A stretch of DNA of 64,000 bases from Candidatus Dormibacteria bacterium. GTDB lineage: Bacteria > Chloroflexota > Dormibacteria > Aeolococcales > Aeolococcaceae. The translations under genes and the position numbers were made by a program. Where the stretch lies: NCBI GenBank assembly GCA_050011555.1, contig JBEKIT010000002.1, positions 22,253 to 86,252 of the forward strand, given 5' to 3'. Shown in pieces: positions 31,101-39,017 of this stretch. The first letter of the stretch is position 1. Every line of letters starts with the position of its first letter. The notes beneath the pieces were generated by a model, which was given only the letters and a program-made list of their open reading frames with translations, was not told the DNA's origin and searched no databases.

Positions 31101-32146
31101 TGTCCTTCACGGCTGCGGGCACGTGTCTCCTCGATGCCAACCAGGCTGGCAACCTCAACTACAGCGCCGCGCCCCAGGTGCAGCAGCCAGTGACAGTGAT
31201 CGCAGGTTGGATGCAGTTGAGGCCCGCCACTTCTCCCTCGGCAAGAGCTGATGCATCGATCACAACCCTGACCGCCGGCCCCGACACCGGGGATGTGATG
31301 TTGTTCGGCGGTTCCGATGACAGGAGTGGCTACCTTGCCGACACCTGGGTCTTCAACGGTAGCACATGGACGCAACTCAGCCCTTCCACCTCGCCCCCTG
31401 GAAGACTTGGCGCATCGATGGCGACCTTGACCGCCGGCCCTGACGCCGGGGATGTGGTGTTGTTCGGCGGATGGGATTACAGCAGTGGCATCCTCGCAGA
31501 TACGTGGCTCTTCAACGGCAGCACCTGGACACAACTCAGCCCACCCACGTCACCTCTTGCGCGAGGTAAGGCCTCAATGACGACCTTGACCACGGGCCCT
31601 GACGCCGGGGATGTGGTGCTATTCGGCGGCTGCGACAACAGTGGGGGCTACCTCGGCGATACGTGGGTCTTCGACGGCAGCACCTGGACGCAACTCAGCC
31701 CACTCACCTCGCCCCCTGTGAGACAAGACGCGTCGATGGCAACCGTGAATGCCGGCCCCGACGCTGGCGACGTGATCCTGTCCGGCGGCTATGGTGACAC
31801 TGGGTACCTCTGGGACATCTGGGTCTTCAACGGCAGCACCTGGACGCAACTCAACTCACCCACCTCCTTCCCTGCGAGAACTGCGGCGTCAATGGCCGCC
31901 GTCAGTGCCGGCCCTGATGCCGGTGACGTGGTGCTGGTCGGCGGGTATGACAGTGGCTACCTCGGCGACACTTGGATCTTTGACGGCAGCACCTGGACGC
32001 AACTCAGCCCAGCCACCTCTCCCCCTGGCAGAGATCGGGCGTCGATGGCAACCTTGAACGCTGGCCCCGACGCCGGGGATGTGGTGTTGTTCGGCGGTTG
32101 GGGTGGTAGTGACTACGTTGGTGACACCTGGATTCTCGGCAACTGA
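25115..32146 (+). CDS. Giant secreted multi-repeat protein (2343 aa). N-terminal triplicated module (subfamily 1), then about 7 Ig-like two-Cys repeats of ~90 aa, 2 'QPVVTIED' repeats, a Ser/Thr linker, about 16 'SCPSxxFCxAVD' repeats, and about 6 Kelch-like repeats.
   Basis: Continuous ORF. The N-terminal TM/signal is ..GAGIAVVLASLTSG... The module triplet is in residues ~60-480 and ends ..VAGWFSSKLKP. All repeat classes are directly visible in the translation. Gly11 run at about residue 1720. Confidence 0.75.
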   Translation: MGQQVATARSDGYNSVVDRWRGGYPCRPRRSRTGLVRGAGIAVVLASLTSGLTSPQRVTATSTPGTAYTALLPFRACDTRHATSTECSGTTSDSLLGQGQSMTFQVTGVGPSGDQVPADAESVVLNVTAISGTAGTFLTVFPGGASVPTASNLNVPAQTNQANLVVVALGTGGQVSIYNSLGSINVAVDVEGYFAAPAGSSSVPGLFHPIPPLRICDTRTGTGTACSTKGPLGPGYWTKVVVSGCPTGNPSCGASVPDDGTAAAVALNLTAVSGTSSTYLSVVPPNVSDSCPSGAPAFSNLNVNAQTNLPNRVIVPLGPDRDVCVYNSLGSINFILDLNGWFGTGGEASPGAYYWAVTPTRICDTRSAAATGYSTECSGSPVGPAQSLPVQVAGVDGIPAAGGSTAPVAVIANVTAVSGTSFTYLTLYPADSVSVPNASDLNVSAYQNTPNLSIVQLAAGGAHPGALDLFNDLGTINAIVDVAGWFSSKLKPQAITFTSSAPSDAVVGGASYTPTASGGGSGNPVTFSIDPSSTAGCALSSGAVSFTAVGTCVVDANQAGNTYYSAAAQVQQSFTVGKRAQVISFTSPAPADALVGGATYTPTATATSGLPVAFTIDGSSTSDCSISTGIVSFPATPGSCIVDANQPGGTDYTAAPQAQQTFSVRLTQTISFTAPSSGTVKGSDALTPTASSGLTVALTVDASTTNDACSLSGDTVSYLHSGSCVLDANQAGDADHTAAAQVQQTIAVGQAAQTIAFTAPSSGMVNGSDVLAPTASSGLAVTLSVDASTTNDACSLDSDTVDYLHTGSCVLDAEQGGNIDYSSANQVKQTIAVGPATQTISFTAPSSGTMTGSATLAPTASSGLIVTLTVDTSTTDTACSLNGDTVNYLHTGDCVLDANQAGDADYNAASQVQQTITVSAAQLVFTTEPGGATAGSLLSPQPVVTIEDVHGTPITTDIGTVTLAITSGTGTSGALLDAGCTATTAAGVASFTGCEIDTAGTGYTLTATYASDGLTGASSAFGVGAGPASQLAFTTQPGGAAVGSPFIDQPVVTIEDGYGNPATSDTSTVILALTPGTGPSGADLVGCSGTTVAGVATFSSCEIDTVGTGYTLTATDTTDSLTATSSSFPVFTSSDSGTSSSSTGTATATTDSTTASAMGVGALTLGEYGSDPVGAPTFSSAGEYFDVALSPGNSFTTATINDCNLNGGGTIVWWNPAASGGSGAWQPVYPAPSYTAGPPACAAVTLTSSSSPTLAELTGTVFAAVTTPTLSWSQPLPIEGTLVSLTSVSCPSADFCAAVDNQGNVLTYNGTSWTTPTSEESNAFSSVSCPSDDFCVAVDGGSGGHAGVATFNGTGWSTSTITDSGFLTSVSCFSASFCAAVDGYGNALTYDGSTWTAPADIDGTSPLVSVSCPLVSFCMAVDVSGNAFTSTGGDSWTASSGIVSIGSVNSLSCVSATYCMATTAYDTGVYGVGTSQVFNFDGSSWSVSTTINEPDLWTISCASTTVCMALEWDGYTHEFNDGIWSSSPTTVDIGSGAPSVSCASASFCAAVDNIGRALTFDGSSWTSLSNIDGIAAGLSAVSCPSMTFCAATDYDGRALTYNGTKWTTPTPIDGVGAGLSSVSCASSSFCLAVDAEGNAITFNGSGWGAPQSIGNGAALSSVSCPTDQFCAAADGGGPEGNMLTWVGSTGKWSTTPLSGTGPFSSVSCPSADFCVAVDGGGGGGGGGGANVAVWNGTTWTTSLNPDPNWLSSVSCSSTSFCAAVDGLLSALTFDGSSWTTPVTIDSTGGLESVSCPVDEFCAAVDGYGNVLTFDSGTWSTKTPVTSWGLQTVSCPSVSFCMALDGAGDVLYGTANGTTQMINFSSLAPTDAVVGGATYTPTATATSGLPVILTIDPSSSSGCAIADGVISFPTTAGTCVIDANQPGNADYSAAAQVQQSFEVGKESQTISFTSTAPTDAVVGGATYTPTATATSGLAVTVSLDGTSVGCTLSAGVVSFTAAGTCLLDANQAGNLNYSAAPQVQQPVTVIAGWMQLRPATSPSARADASITTLTAGPDTGDVMLFGGSDDRSGYLADTWVFNGSTWTQLSPSTSPPGRLGASMATLTAGPDAGDVVLFGGWDYSSGILADTWLFNGSTWTQLSPPTSPLARGKASMTTLTTGPDAGDVVLFGGCDNSGGYLGDTWVFDGSTWTQLSPLTSPPVRQDASMATVNAGPDAGDVILSGGYGDTGYLWDIWVFNGSTWTQLNSPTSFPARTAASMAAVSAGPDAGDVVLVGGYDSGYLGDTWIFDGSTWTQLSPATSPPGRDRASMATLNAGPDAGDVVLFGGWGGSDYVGDTWILGN

Positions 32147-32285
32147 GTTGATGGCCCGAAGGTGGCGCGGTTCAGGGAGGGCCGGGGTGCGGGCTGGACG
32201 GCCTCGGACGGGCGGTCCGTTGCTCGCTCCGCCGGATGCATCGGTGGAGGTGTCGCCGTCCCACCGGTGGGAGATCGGCGCCCTC

Positions 32286-34079
32286 TCAGGCTGAGGACCT
32301 GGATGCACGCGCCTGATCGCGGCGGCGCGGGATCCGGAGCGTGAGCGGCCGCGGCCAGGCGACGTGCGGACCGAGGAAGGCGTCGCGCAACCGGTCCTCC
32401 GCGCCCCAGCGGAGGCAGAAGCGGCGGTAGTCGTCCTCGGGCGCGAGGCTCCCCCGGCTGGAACCCTCGTCGTGCTGGAGCTCGGCGAGCGGGGTCATCA
32501 CCACGCGCCATCCCGCCCGCCAGAGGCGGAGGCAGAAGTCGACGTCGTTGAAGGCCACGGGGAGGCTCTCGTCGAAGCCGCCGACCGCGTCCCAGGCCTC
32601 GCGGCGAACCATCATGCAGGCGCCGGTCACGGCGCTGCAGGCCCGCGCTGCCGACCAGCCGAGATCGAGGTTCGCGGCCACCCGGCCGATGCCGATGCCA
32701 ATGCCCTCGTGCTGTACTCGTCCGTCGGCGAAGACGAGTCGCGCCCCCACGGCGCCGACGCCGGGCCGCCCGCACCACTCGAGCATCGCCTCCAGCCACC
32801 CGGGGGTGCGCACCACGGTGTCGTTGTTGAGGAGGACGACGTAGGGGGTCTCGGTGGCCTCGACCCCCCGGTTGACGATGGCCGAGAAGTTGAAGTCACC
32901 CGGGTGGGGGACGACGTGCGGCAGCCGGCCCAGGTAGGCCAGGGTCCCCGGCTCGCGGCTGCCGTTGTCGACGATGACCACCCGACGGCGTGGGTGGGTG
33001 CTAGTCGCCACGCTCTCGAGGCAGCGGCGGAGCAGCTCATGCCGGTCCCGCGTGGGGATGACGATGGCGACCTCCGGGAGAGATCCGGGGTCGAACCGAA
33101 CATCGGTGACCCCGGGTTCCCGACCCGTCTCCACCCGGGCACCGGGATCGCGGGCGCGCAGCCAGGCCTCGAGGCACCGCCGCCGCACCGGCGCCGGCGC
33201 CTCGTGGGCGGAGCCCGCAGGTCGGGAGAGGGCCACCACCGGGAGGTGGCGCGGGTCGCGCAGGTGGGCCGATGCGCGCAGCAGCTCGGCATAGACCTCG
33301 GTGGGGGCGTCACTCTCGCTCCACCCCCCGGCGGCCTCCAGCAGGGCGGCCCGCTGGAGTACCAGGCCTCCCCCGACCTGGTCGCGACCCATGAGCAGCT
33401 CCGGTGACCAGCCGTAGGCCAGGTGCGGATGGTGGCGCCGGCCCCGGCCGTCCATGTCGTCCCAGTCGGTGTACGCGAGGTCGCAGTCAGGCGCCGCCCG
33501 GAGGGCCTCCGCCACCTCCACCAGGCCGTGGCGGGTCACCCGGCACCCGGGGGCGATCACGGCAACGAACTCCCCGGGCTCGGGCCGCGCCGCCTCCAGG
33601 AGGGGGGTCGCCCAGTGGGCGCCGGGCTGCCGTGGCGTCCAGCTGATGCGCGCGTCCTCGAGCGGCCCGGAGCCGTCCGGATCGGCCCAGGCCGCGGCGC
33701 GCCACCACGGGTAAGGCTGTGCCTGGAGGGAGAGCAGGGTCGCGCGGATCGCAGCCTGCTCACCGGGCGCGGAGGGGAGGAGGAGCACCACGGAGATGTG
33801 CGACTCCCAGGACTGGGCGGCGGCGGCCAGCCGGCGCAGCGCGCGGGCGTCCGGCTCTGTCCGGGCCCGCCAGCGGCGGTACTGGACCTCGAGGGGCACG
33901 CGGCTGGGGCCCGTCCCACGCCGTGGGGAAGGGCGCGACCGCCCCAGGCGGTCGAGCAGGTCGGCCGCCGCTTCTCGACGCCACAGGCTAAGCGCGCGGC
34001 GCATCCTGCCCGGCGCCGAGCGGGCCCCGCCGGGACGCTGGGGAGCGCTCACCGCACCCCGAGGCGTCGAGCCACCCAC
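32286..34079 (-). CDS. Two-domain GT2 family glycosyltransferase
   Basis: C-terminal GT2-A fold (VAIVIPTRDRHELLRRCLESV..VVIVDNGS..LLNNDT..) with DxD-like motifs. An N-terminal second GT2-like half. Overlaps the upstream gene by 31 nt. Confidence 0.7.
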   Translation of the reverse strand: MGGSTPRGAVSAPQRPGGARSAPGRMRRALSLWRREAAADLLDRLGRSRPSPRRGTGPSRVPLEVQYRRWRARTEPDARALRRLAAAAQSWESHISVVLLLPSAPGEQAAIRATLLSLQAQPYPWWRAAAWADPDGSGPLEDARISWTPRQPGAHWATPLLEAARPEPGEFVAVIAPGCRVTRHGLVEVAEALRAAPDCDLAYTDWDDMDGRGRRHHPHLAYGWSPELLMGRDQVGGGLVLQRAALLEAAGGWSESDAPTEVYAELLRASAHLRDPRHLPVVALSRPAGSAHEAPAPVRRRCLEAWLRARDPGARVETGREPGVTDVRFDPGSLPEVAIVIPTRDRHELLRRCLESVATSTHPRRRVVIVDNGSREPGTLAYLGRLPHVVPHPGDFNFSAIVNRGVEATETPYVVLLNNDTVVRTPGWLEAMLEWCGRPGVGAVGARLVFADGRVQHEGIGIGIGRVAANLDLGWSAARACSAVTGACMMVRREAWDAVGGFDESLPVAFNDVDFCLRLWRAGWRVVMTPLAELQHDEGSSRGSLAPEDDYRRFCLRWGAEDRLRDAFLGPHVAWPRPLTLRIPRRRDQARASRSSA

Positions 34080-35203
34080 GCGGCAGCTCGGCGTCCCCCC
34101 GGCACGCGACCGGTGAGGGCGCGCAAGCCCTCCATCCGGGCGTGCTCGCCGCGCAGCTGGTGCAGCAGCTCGTCACCGAGCGCGACGGCGGCCTGGAGTG
34201 CGCCGACCTGGACCCGCAACGCCTCGACCTCGGTGGGCGGCGCGGATGGCCTCGGGTCCGCGGCCTCGGGCTGGAGCGCCGGCAGCGGGCGGCGCTCGGC
34301 ACGGAGGATCGCGGCGGCCACCGCCGCGTCGCGGTCTCCGTCGGCCGGCGGCGGATCGAAGTCCCGCAGGGAGTCGCCCCACTTGGCGAGAAAGCGCCTG
34401 CCGCTGCGGACGGCCACCAGGGCTCGCAGGTCGTCGGGCAGGCTGGCGCCTCCGTGGTGAACGAGACGCGCGTTGGGCGCGTACAGGGTGCGGAACCCCC
34501 GGGCGCGGAGCGACAGGCAGAGGTCGACGTCCTCGAAGTAGGCGGGGAAGTACCTCTCGTCGAAGCCGCCGACCGCGCCCCACGCGTCGCGGGTGACCAG
34601 CAGGCCGCAGCCGGAGCAGTAGTCTGTTTGCCGGACACGGTTGTAGCTGTCTGACCCTGCGGGTAGCCCGTGGCCCACCTGATGGGTTCCCGCGTCTCGC
34701 CACAGGATGGATCCCGCCTCCTGGAGGCTCCCGTCGGGCGAGAGCAGCCGGCTGCCGACCGCTCCCGCCCGCGGCTCGCTCTCCGCCACCTCGACGAGGG
34801 CCCGCAGCCAGCCCGCCTCGACCTCGGTGTCGTCGTTGAGGAAGACCAGGTGACGGCCGCGCGCAAATCGGGCCCCCCAGTTGCACCCACCCGCGAAACC
34901 GAGGTTGACGGGTGAGGGGACGACGACCAGCGAGTCCAGGCCGGCCAGCGCGGCCAGGGTCTCCACCGGGGTGCCGTTGCCCACGACCACGACCTCGTGC
35001 GACGGCGCCTCGTGGAGCTTCGCCAGGGAGGCCAAGCAGGCGACGAGGCGATCGACGTCGGCCATCACCAGGATGACCACGGAGGCGATCGGGGAGTCGG
35101 CGACTCGCCTCCCCCGCCACACCAGGTCGGCGGCCGGTGAGGGCGGGGCCGGCCGGCCACCCGGGCGGACGCCGCCCGCCGCCACGCCCCGGGGCTCAGT
35201 CAT
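34049..35203 (-). CDS. GT2 family glycosyltransferase
   Basis: ..ASVVILVMADVDRLVACLASL..VVVVGNGTP..VFLNDDTEV..YFEDVDLCLS.. GT2 signature. ATG at 35203 lies 2 nt after the upstream stop (35196-35198). The longer frame to 35488 is rejected. Confidence 0.7.
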   Translation of the reverse strand: MTEPRGVAAGGVRPGGRPAPPSPAADLVWRGRRVADSPIASVVILVMADVDRLVACLASLAKLHEAPSHEVVVVGNGTPVETLAALAGLDSLVVVPSPVNLGFAGGCNWGARFARGRHLVFLNDDTEVEAGWLRALVEVAESEPRAGAVGSRLLSPDGSLQEAGSILWRDAGTHQVGHGLPAGSDSYNRVRQTDYCSGCGLLVTRDAWGAVGGFDERYFPAYFEDVDLCLSLRARGFRTLYAPNARLVHHGGASLPDDLRALVAVRSGRRFLAKWGDSLRDFDPPPADGDRDAAVAAAILRAERRPLPALQPEAADPRPSAPPTEVEALRVQVGALQAAVALGDELLHQLRGEHARMEGLRALTGRVPGGRRAAAWVARRLGVR

Positions 35204-38200
35204 GCCGCTGGCGGCCCTCGGCCGGACGCTGGCTTCGGTGGCTGCCCGCGGCCCCGACGACGAGGACGTCGGCGGCTCCCACGCCCTCCGGGTCGGTGAG
35301 GAAGTCGTAGATGCCGCCGAGCGCGGCATCCCAGTCGGAGTGGAACTCCGCGATGTCCTTGAGCGCCTGTCCGGCCAGGCGGCGGCGCAGAGGCGGGTTG
35401 ACCGCCATCGCCTCCAGCCTGTCCACCAGGCCGTCCACCGTTCGCGGTGCCAGCAGGCAGTTGACGCCGTCCCGCAGCAGCCAGCCACCGGCGGGGTTGT
35501 CGAGGCAGACCACCGAGGTCCCGCACGCCATCAGCTCGAGAGGAAGGTATGACGGGTGTTCGGAGACGGTGAGGGCCAATCCCATGTCGCAGCTCCGGTA
35601 CAGGTCCCCGGTCTCCGCGTAGTCGAGCAGGCCGAGGTGTGCGATCGCGGGCAGCCTGTCGCCTGATTCCACCGGGGCCCACGAGCCCGCCGCGACGATC
35701 CGGATCCGGTCCCCCATCCGATCCTTCAGCTCGTGCAGGGCGGCCTCGGCCAGCTCCCAGCAGTTGCGCCAGTGTCCGGGCCGCGCGTAGACGAAGAGGG
35801 TGACGGGGCCCTCGGGGCTCCGGCGCACCCGGTGGCGCGCGTGGAAGACGGCACCGTCGACGGCCGGGGTGAAGTGGGTGGCGGTGCCGCCGTAGGAGCG
35901 GTAGAGGCGGGCCAGGTTCTCGGTGTTGCAGATCCCGTAGAGACCGAGCCGGTAGCTCTCCTCCGCCAGAGCGTAGATGGTGCCGGCGGGGTAGAACATC
36001 GGCTCGAAGTCCTGCACCAGGTAGAAGCGCCGGCCCGCCCCTGGGTGCACCGCAACCTGGTAGGCGGTCGTCCAGAGGGTCGCGATGGCGGCGTCAGCCG
36101 CGGGCACGCGGGCCAGCTGCGCGTCGGTCTCTGCGATGAAGGTCGGTGCGGAGGCCAGCCCGGGGAATGCCGCCGCGATGCCGGTGCGGATGTACTCCTC
36201 GGGCCCGAGCCCGCAGACGACGAAGCGGTTCTCGACGGCGTGATCGGCGGCGAGCTTGGTGGCCAGGCGCAGGGCGGTATTGATGCCGCCGTAGAAGGGG
36301 CTGTCGATCCCGGGTATGAACCAGTTGACGGTTCGGGGGGCGGCCGGTGCGGAGTGGGCCCGGTGCTGGGCCTTGACCGCATCCACCTCGGCGGGGTCGA
36401 TCCGGCAGCGTGAGGCGAGCGCGGCAGCCTGAGCGAGGTCGTCCTGTGAATGCCAGATCGAGAGCCGGCGTCCGACGTGGGGGGCCGCCAGCTCAACGGC
36501 CGCCGGCTCGCCCGGCCGGCGGAGTCGTGGCGCGGTGCTCTCGACACTGAGACGGGGATGGAAGTACGGGTCTCCTGAGCGAATCCAGCGTTGGTAGCGC
36601 CACCACGACACGAAGTAGTCGGAGCGCGGTACGGTCGGGCCACGCGTCGCCGACTCCAGGTGGGTGAGGGCGTTGCTCGGCACGCAGAGGCTGCGCAGCC
36701 CGCGCTGCCGGAGGGCGAGGCCCAGGGCCACGTCGCTGCCACAGAGGGTGAATTCCTCGTCGAAGCCGCCCACGCTCTCGAAGTTGTCACGCCGGACGGC
36801 GACGCAGGCGGCGGTGACGGCGAGGACGTCCCGGTACCAGGAGCTGGAGCCAAGCAGGGTGGACGAACCGGGGCGCAGCCCCGCGAAGAGGTGGCCCGCG
36901 AAACCGGTGAGCCCGAGGATCACGCCGCCATGTTGGATCCGGCCCTGGGGATCGATGAGCTGGATGCCCACCGAGCCCACCTCGGTGACCGTCGTCCAGC
37001 CCACCAGCTTCTCGAGCCAGCCGGGATCTCCGGTGACCCGGATGTCGTCGTTGAGGAAGAGCAGCACCCCCCCGGTGGCCGCTCGCGCACCGGCGTTGTT
37101 GACCGCTGAGTAGTTGAACGGCCGATCCCACCAGATGACGGTGGGGTGGAGCGGCCGCCCCTCGTACCAGCTCTCGTTCTCGGGGGTCCGCGCCCCGTTG
37201 TCGACGATCACCGCCTCCAGTTCCGGATAGCCGGAGCGAGCCAGTCCGTCGAGCAGGGGGCCGACCAGTGCCCGGTTGTGGCGGGTGGGGACGATCACGC
37301 TCACCCGCGGCCAGGAGGACAGGTCCCAGTTGACACGGACGGCGTCGCCACGCCACCGAGCCGTGGCGGGCCAGGAGCGGCGCTCGAGGGCCTGGCCGAC
37401 CACCGTGACGGCGTCGCCGGGTGGGATCGCGGCGGTGGTCCGAACACGGCCGAGCACCTGAGGGATGTGGCTCACCCGATCGCCCGCCATCTCGCAGCGG
37501 AGGAGGAGGTCCCAGAGCTTCGCCCTCCCCGCCTCTTGGCGGACGCCGCCCGCGACCAGGGCGCGCGCGGACCGCAGGGCGAAGCTCCGGTCGAGATAGG
37601 GTGCCGACAGCAGGACCTCGGGGGACCAGGACGGTCGGAGCCGTGGGCGCCAGCGACCCCCGCCGCCGCTGGCCTCGTCGTCCCAGCTGACCAGATCGAT
37701 CAGTGGGTCACGGTGGACGCTGGCGGCGACCTGGTAGAGGCAGCTCGGTGCCAGGGTGTCGCCCGCCTCGAGGAAGATGACCATCTCCCGGTGCGGGATC
37801 TCCGCGAGCACAGCATTGATCCCCCCGGCACCGAGCCCACCATGATGGTGTTCGACGCGCGCACCGCCGGAGTGACCAGACTGAGAGCCGCGATGCTTGG
37901 TCGGGTGCAGCACGGCCGCCCGCCAGTGCGGCCAGGTCTGACCCTCCAGTGAACGCAGGGTGGCGGCCAGCGAACCCCCGGATCGCGCCAGCACCAGCAC
38001 CGAGAACGCCTGGGGACGCGCCACCCCCAGGGCCGCCAGGTGCTGGAGCGCCGCCTCGGCGGTGACGAACACCCCGGGGTCGACCGGGGCGGCGGACTCG
38101 ACCGCTCTCGAGGGTGGTGCTGAGGGCTCTGTGCGCCGCCCCAGGGCTCGCTTGGCGACCCGGCGCCGGCGCGACCCCGGCGGGAGCAGTCGGCGCGCCA

Positions 38201-39008
38201 CGCCGCTGGCGGCCGCCGCCGCCCGGTAGGTGGTGGACCCGTGGACCGCGGCGAGCATCCGCCGGGCTTCGTCCAGCTCCGGGCCGCCACCACCCTCGCC
38301 GGACTGGGTGCCCGCCAGCTGCCGAGCGCGGGCGAGCTCGGCGCGAACCTGGCGCAGCTCGGCGAGCAGGACCTCCTCGGCGGTCGGAGCCCTTCCAGGC
38401 TCGGGAGCGACCTCGGCGGCGTACAGGTCTGAGCGCCGTTCCCCGGAAGCGGCGAGGATGACACGGTTGGGCGGCACGGTCCCGCGCACCCCGCACTGCC
38501 AGCGGCTGTTCTCACCCGTCTTGTAGTAGACGGGCGCCCAGGTCGCGGTGTCGACCGGTCTGATGTCGATGAGTCCGGCGCGCTCGAAGAGGCGGGTTAG
38601 CGACTCGATGTCGTGGCACCAGCGGTGGTGACTGGGCTGGACATACGAGTAGACGAACGAATCGTTGAGGATGACGTTGTCCACCTCGCCGTCCAGGTAC
38701 GCGCGGAAGATCGCGCGCATGTCCGGGGTCACCGCGGACACCGTGGTCCCGGCCGCCAGCCGCTCCGCCACGGTTATCAGGAGCACCACCGCGTCATCCA
38801 GGGTGAGGTGCTCGATGAGGTGCCCCATGTACACCTCGCTGATGCTCTCCGCGTGCTCCCGGATGAACTCGACGGCGTCGCCGTGCACGTCGGCGCGCAC
38901 ATCGGGATCGCTGTCGACGTTGACCCAGCCATCGAGGTACAGCGGCCCGCAGCCGAGGTTGACCCTCACCGCCTGGCCGCCGCCACGCGCGTCGAAGCTC
39001 CGAGCCAC
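35196..39008 (-). CDS. Trifunctional glycan-synthesis enzyme: N-terminal class I SAM methyltransferase, a central GT2 domain, and a C-terminal GT-B (GT4, WsaF-like) domain. Its architecture resembles WsaE/WsaF-type rhamnosyltransferases.
   Basis: MT motif VNLGCGPLYLDGWVNVD. GT2 region VSVIVPTRHNRALV..VIVDNGA..FLNDDIRV. C-terminal WFIPGIDSPFYGGINTALRLA...EHPSYLPLELMACGTSVV is a GT-B fold. 1270 aa. Confidence 0.7.
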   Translation of the reverse strand: MARSFDARGGGQAVRVNLGCGPLYLDGWVNVDSDPDVRADVHGDAVEFIREHAESISEVYMGHLIEHLTLDDAVVLLITVAERLAAGTTVSAVTPDMRAIFRAYLDGEVDNVILNDSFVYSYVQPSHHRWCHDIESLTRLFERAGLIDIRPVDTATWAPVYYKTGENSRWQCGVRGTVPPNRVILAASGERRSDLYAAEVAPEPGRAPTAEEVLLAELRQVRAELARARQLAGTQSGEGGGGPELDEARRMLAAVHGSTTYRAAAAASGVARRLLPPGSRRRRVAKRALGRRTEPSAPPSRAVESAAPVDPGVFVTAEAALQHLAALGVARPQAFSVLVLARSGGSLAATLRSLEGQTWPHWRAAVLHPTKHRGSQSGHSGGARVEHHHGGLGAGGINAVLAEIPHREMVIFLEAGDTLAPSCLYQVAASVHRDPLIDLVSWDDEASGGGGRWRPRLRPSWSPEVLLSAPYLDRSFALRSARALVAGGVRQEAGRAKLWDLLLRCEMAGDRVSHIPQVLGRVRTTAAIPPGDAVTVVGQALERRSWPATARWRGDAVRVNWDLSSWPRVSVIVPTRHNRALVGPLLDGLARSGYPELEAVIVDNGARTPENESWYEGRPLHPTVIWWDRPFNYSAVNNAGARAATGGVLLFLNDDIRVTGDPGWLEKLVGWTTVTEVGSVGIQLIDPQGRIQHGGVILGLTGFAGHLFAGLRPGSSTLLGSSSWYRDVLAVTAACVAVRRDNFESVGGFDEEFTLCGSDVALGLALRQRGLRSLCVPSNALTHLESATRGPTVPRSDYFVSWWRYQRWIRSGDPYFHPRLSVESTAPRLRRPGEPAAVELAAPHVGRRLSIWHSQDDLAQAAALASRCRIDPAEVDAVKAQHRAHSAPAAPRTVNWFIPGIDSPFYGGINTALRLATKLAADHAVENRFVVCGLGPEEYIRTGIAAAFPGLASAPTFIAETDAQLARVPAADAAIATLWTTAYQVAVHPGAGRRFYLVQDFEPMFYPAGTIYALAEESYRLGLYGICNTENLARLYRSYGGTATHFTPAVDGAVFHARHRVRRSPEGPVTLFVYARPGHWRNCWELAEAALHELKDRMGDRIRIVAAGSWAPVESGDRLPAIAHLGLLDYAETGDLYRSCDMGLALTVSEHPSYLPLELMACGTSVVCLDNPAGGWLLRDGVNCLLAPRTVDGLVDRLEAMAVNPPLRRRLAGQALKDIAEFHSDWDAALGGIYDFLTDPEGVGAADVLVVGAAGSHRSQRPAEGRQRHD

Positions 39009-39017
39009 CTCATCGGC

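Noticed and set aside
9864-32146. Possible CRISPR array or mobile-element array, suggested by the highly repetitive DNA
   Set aside because: The repeats are 135-400 bp, in-frame, translate into conserved protein domains, and lack short uniform repeat-spacer periodicity. They are coding repeats.
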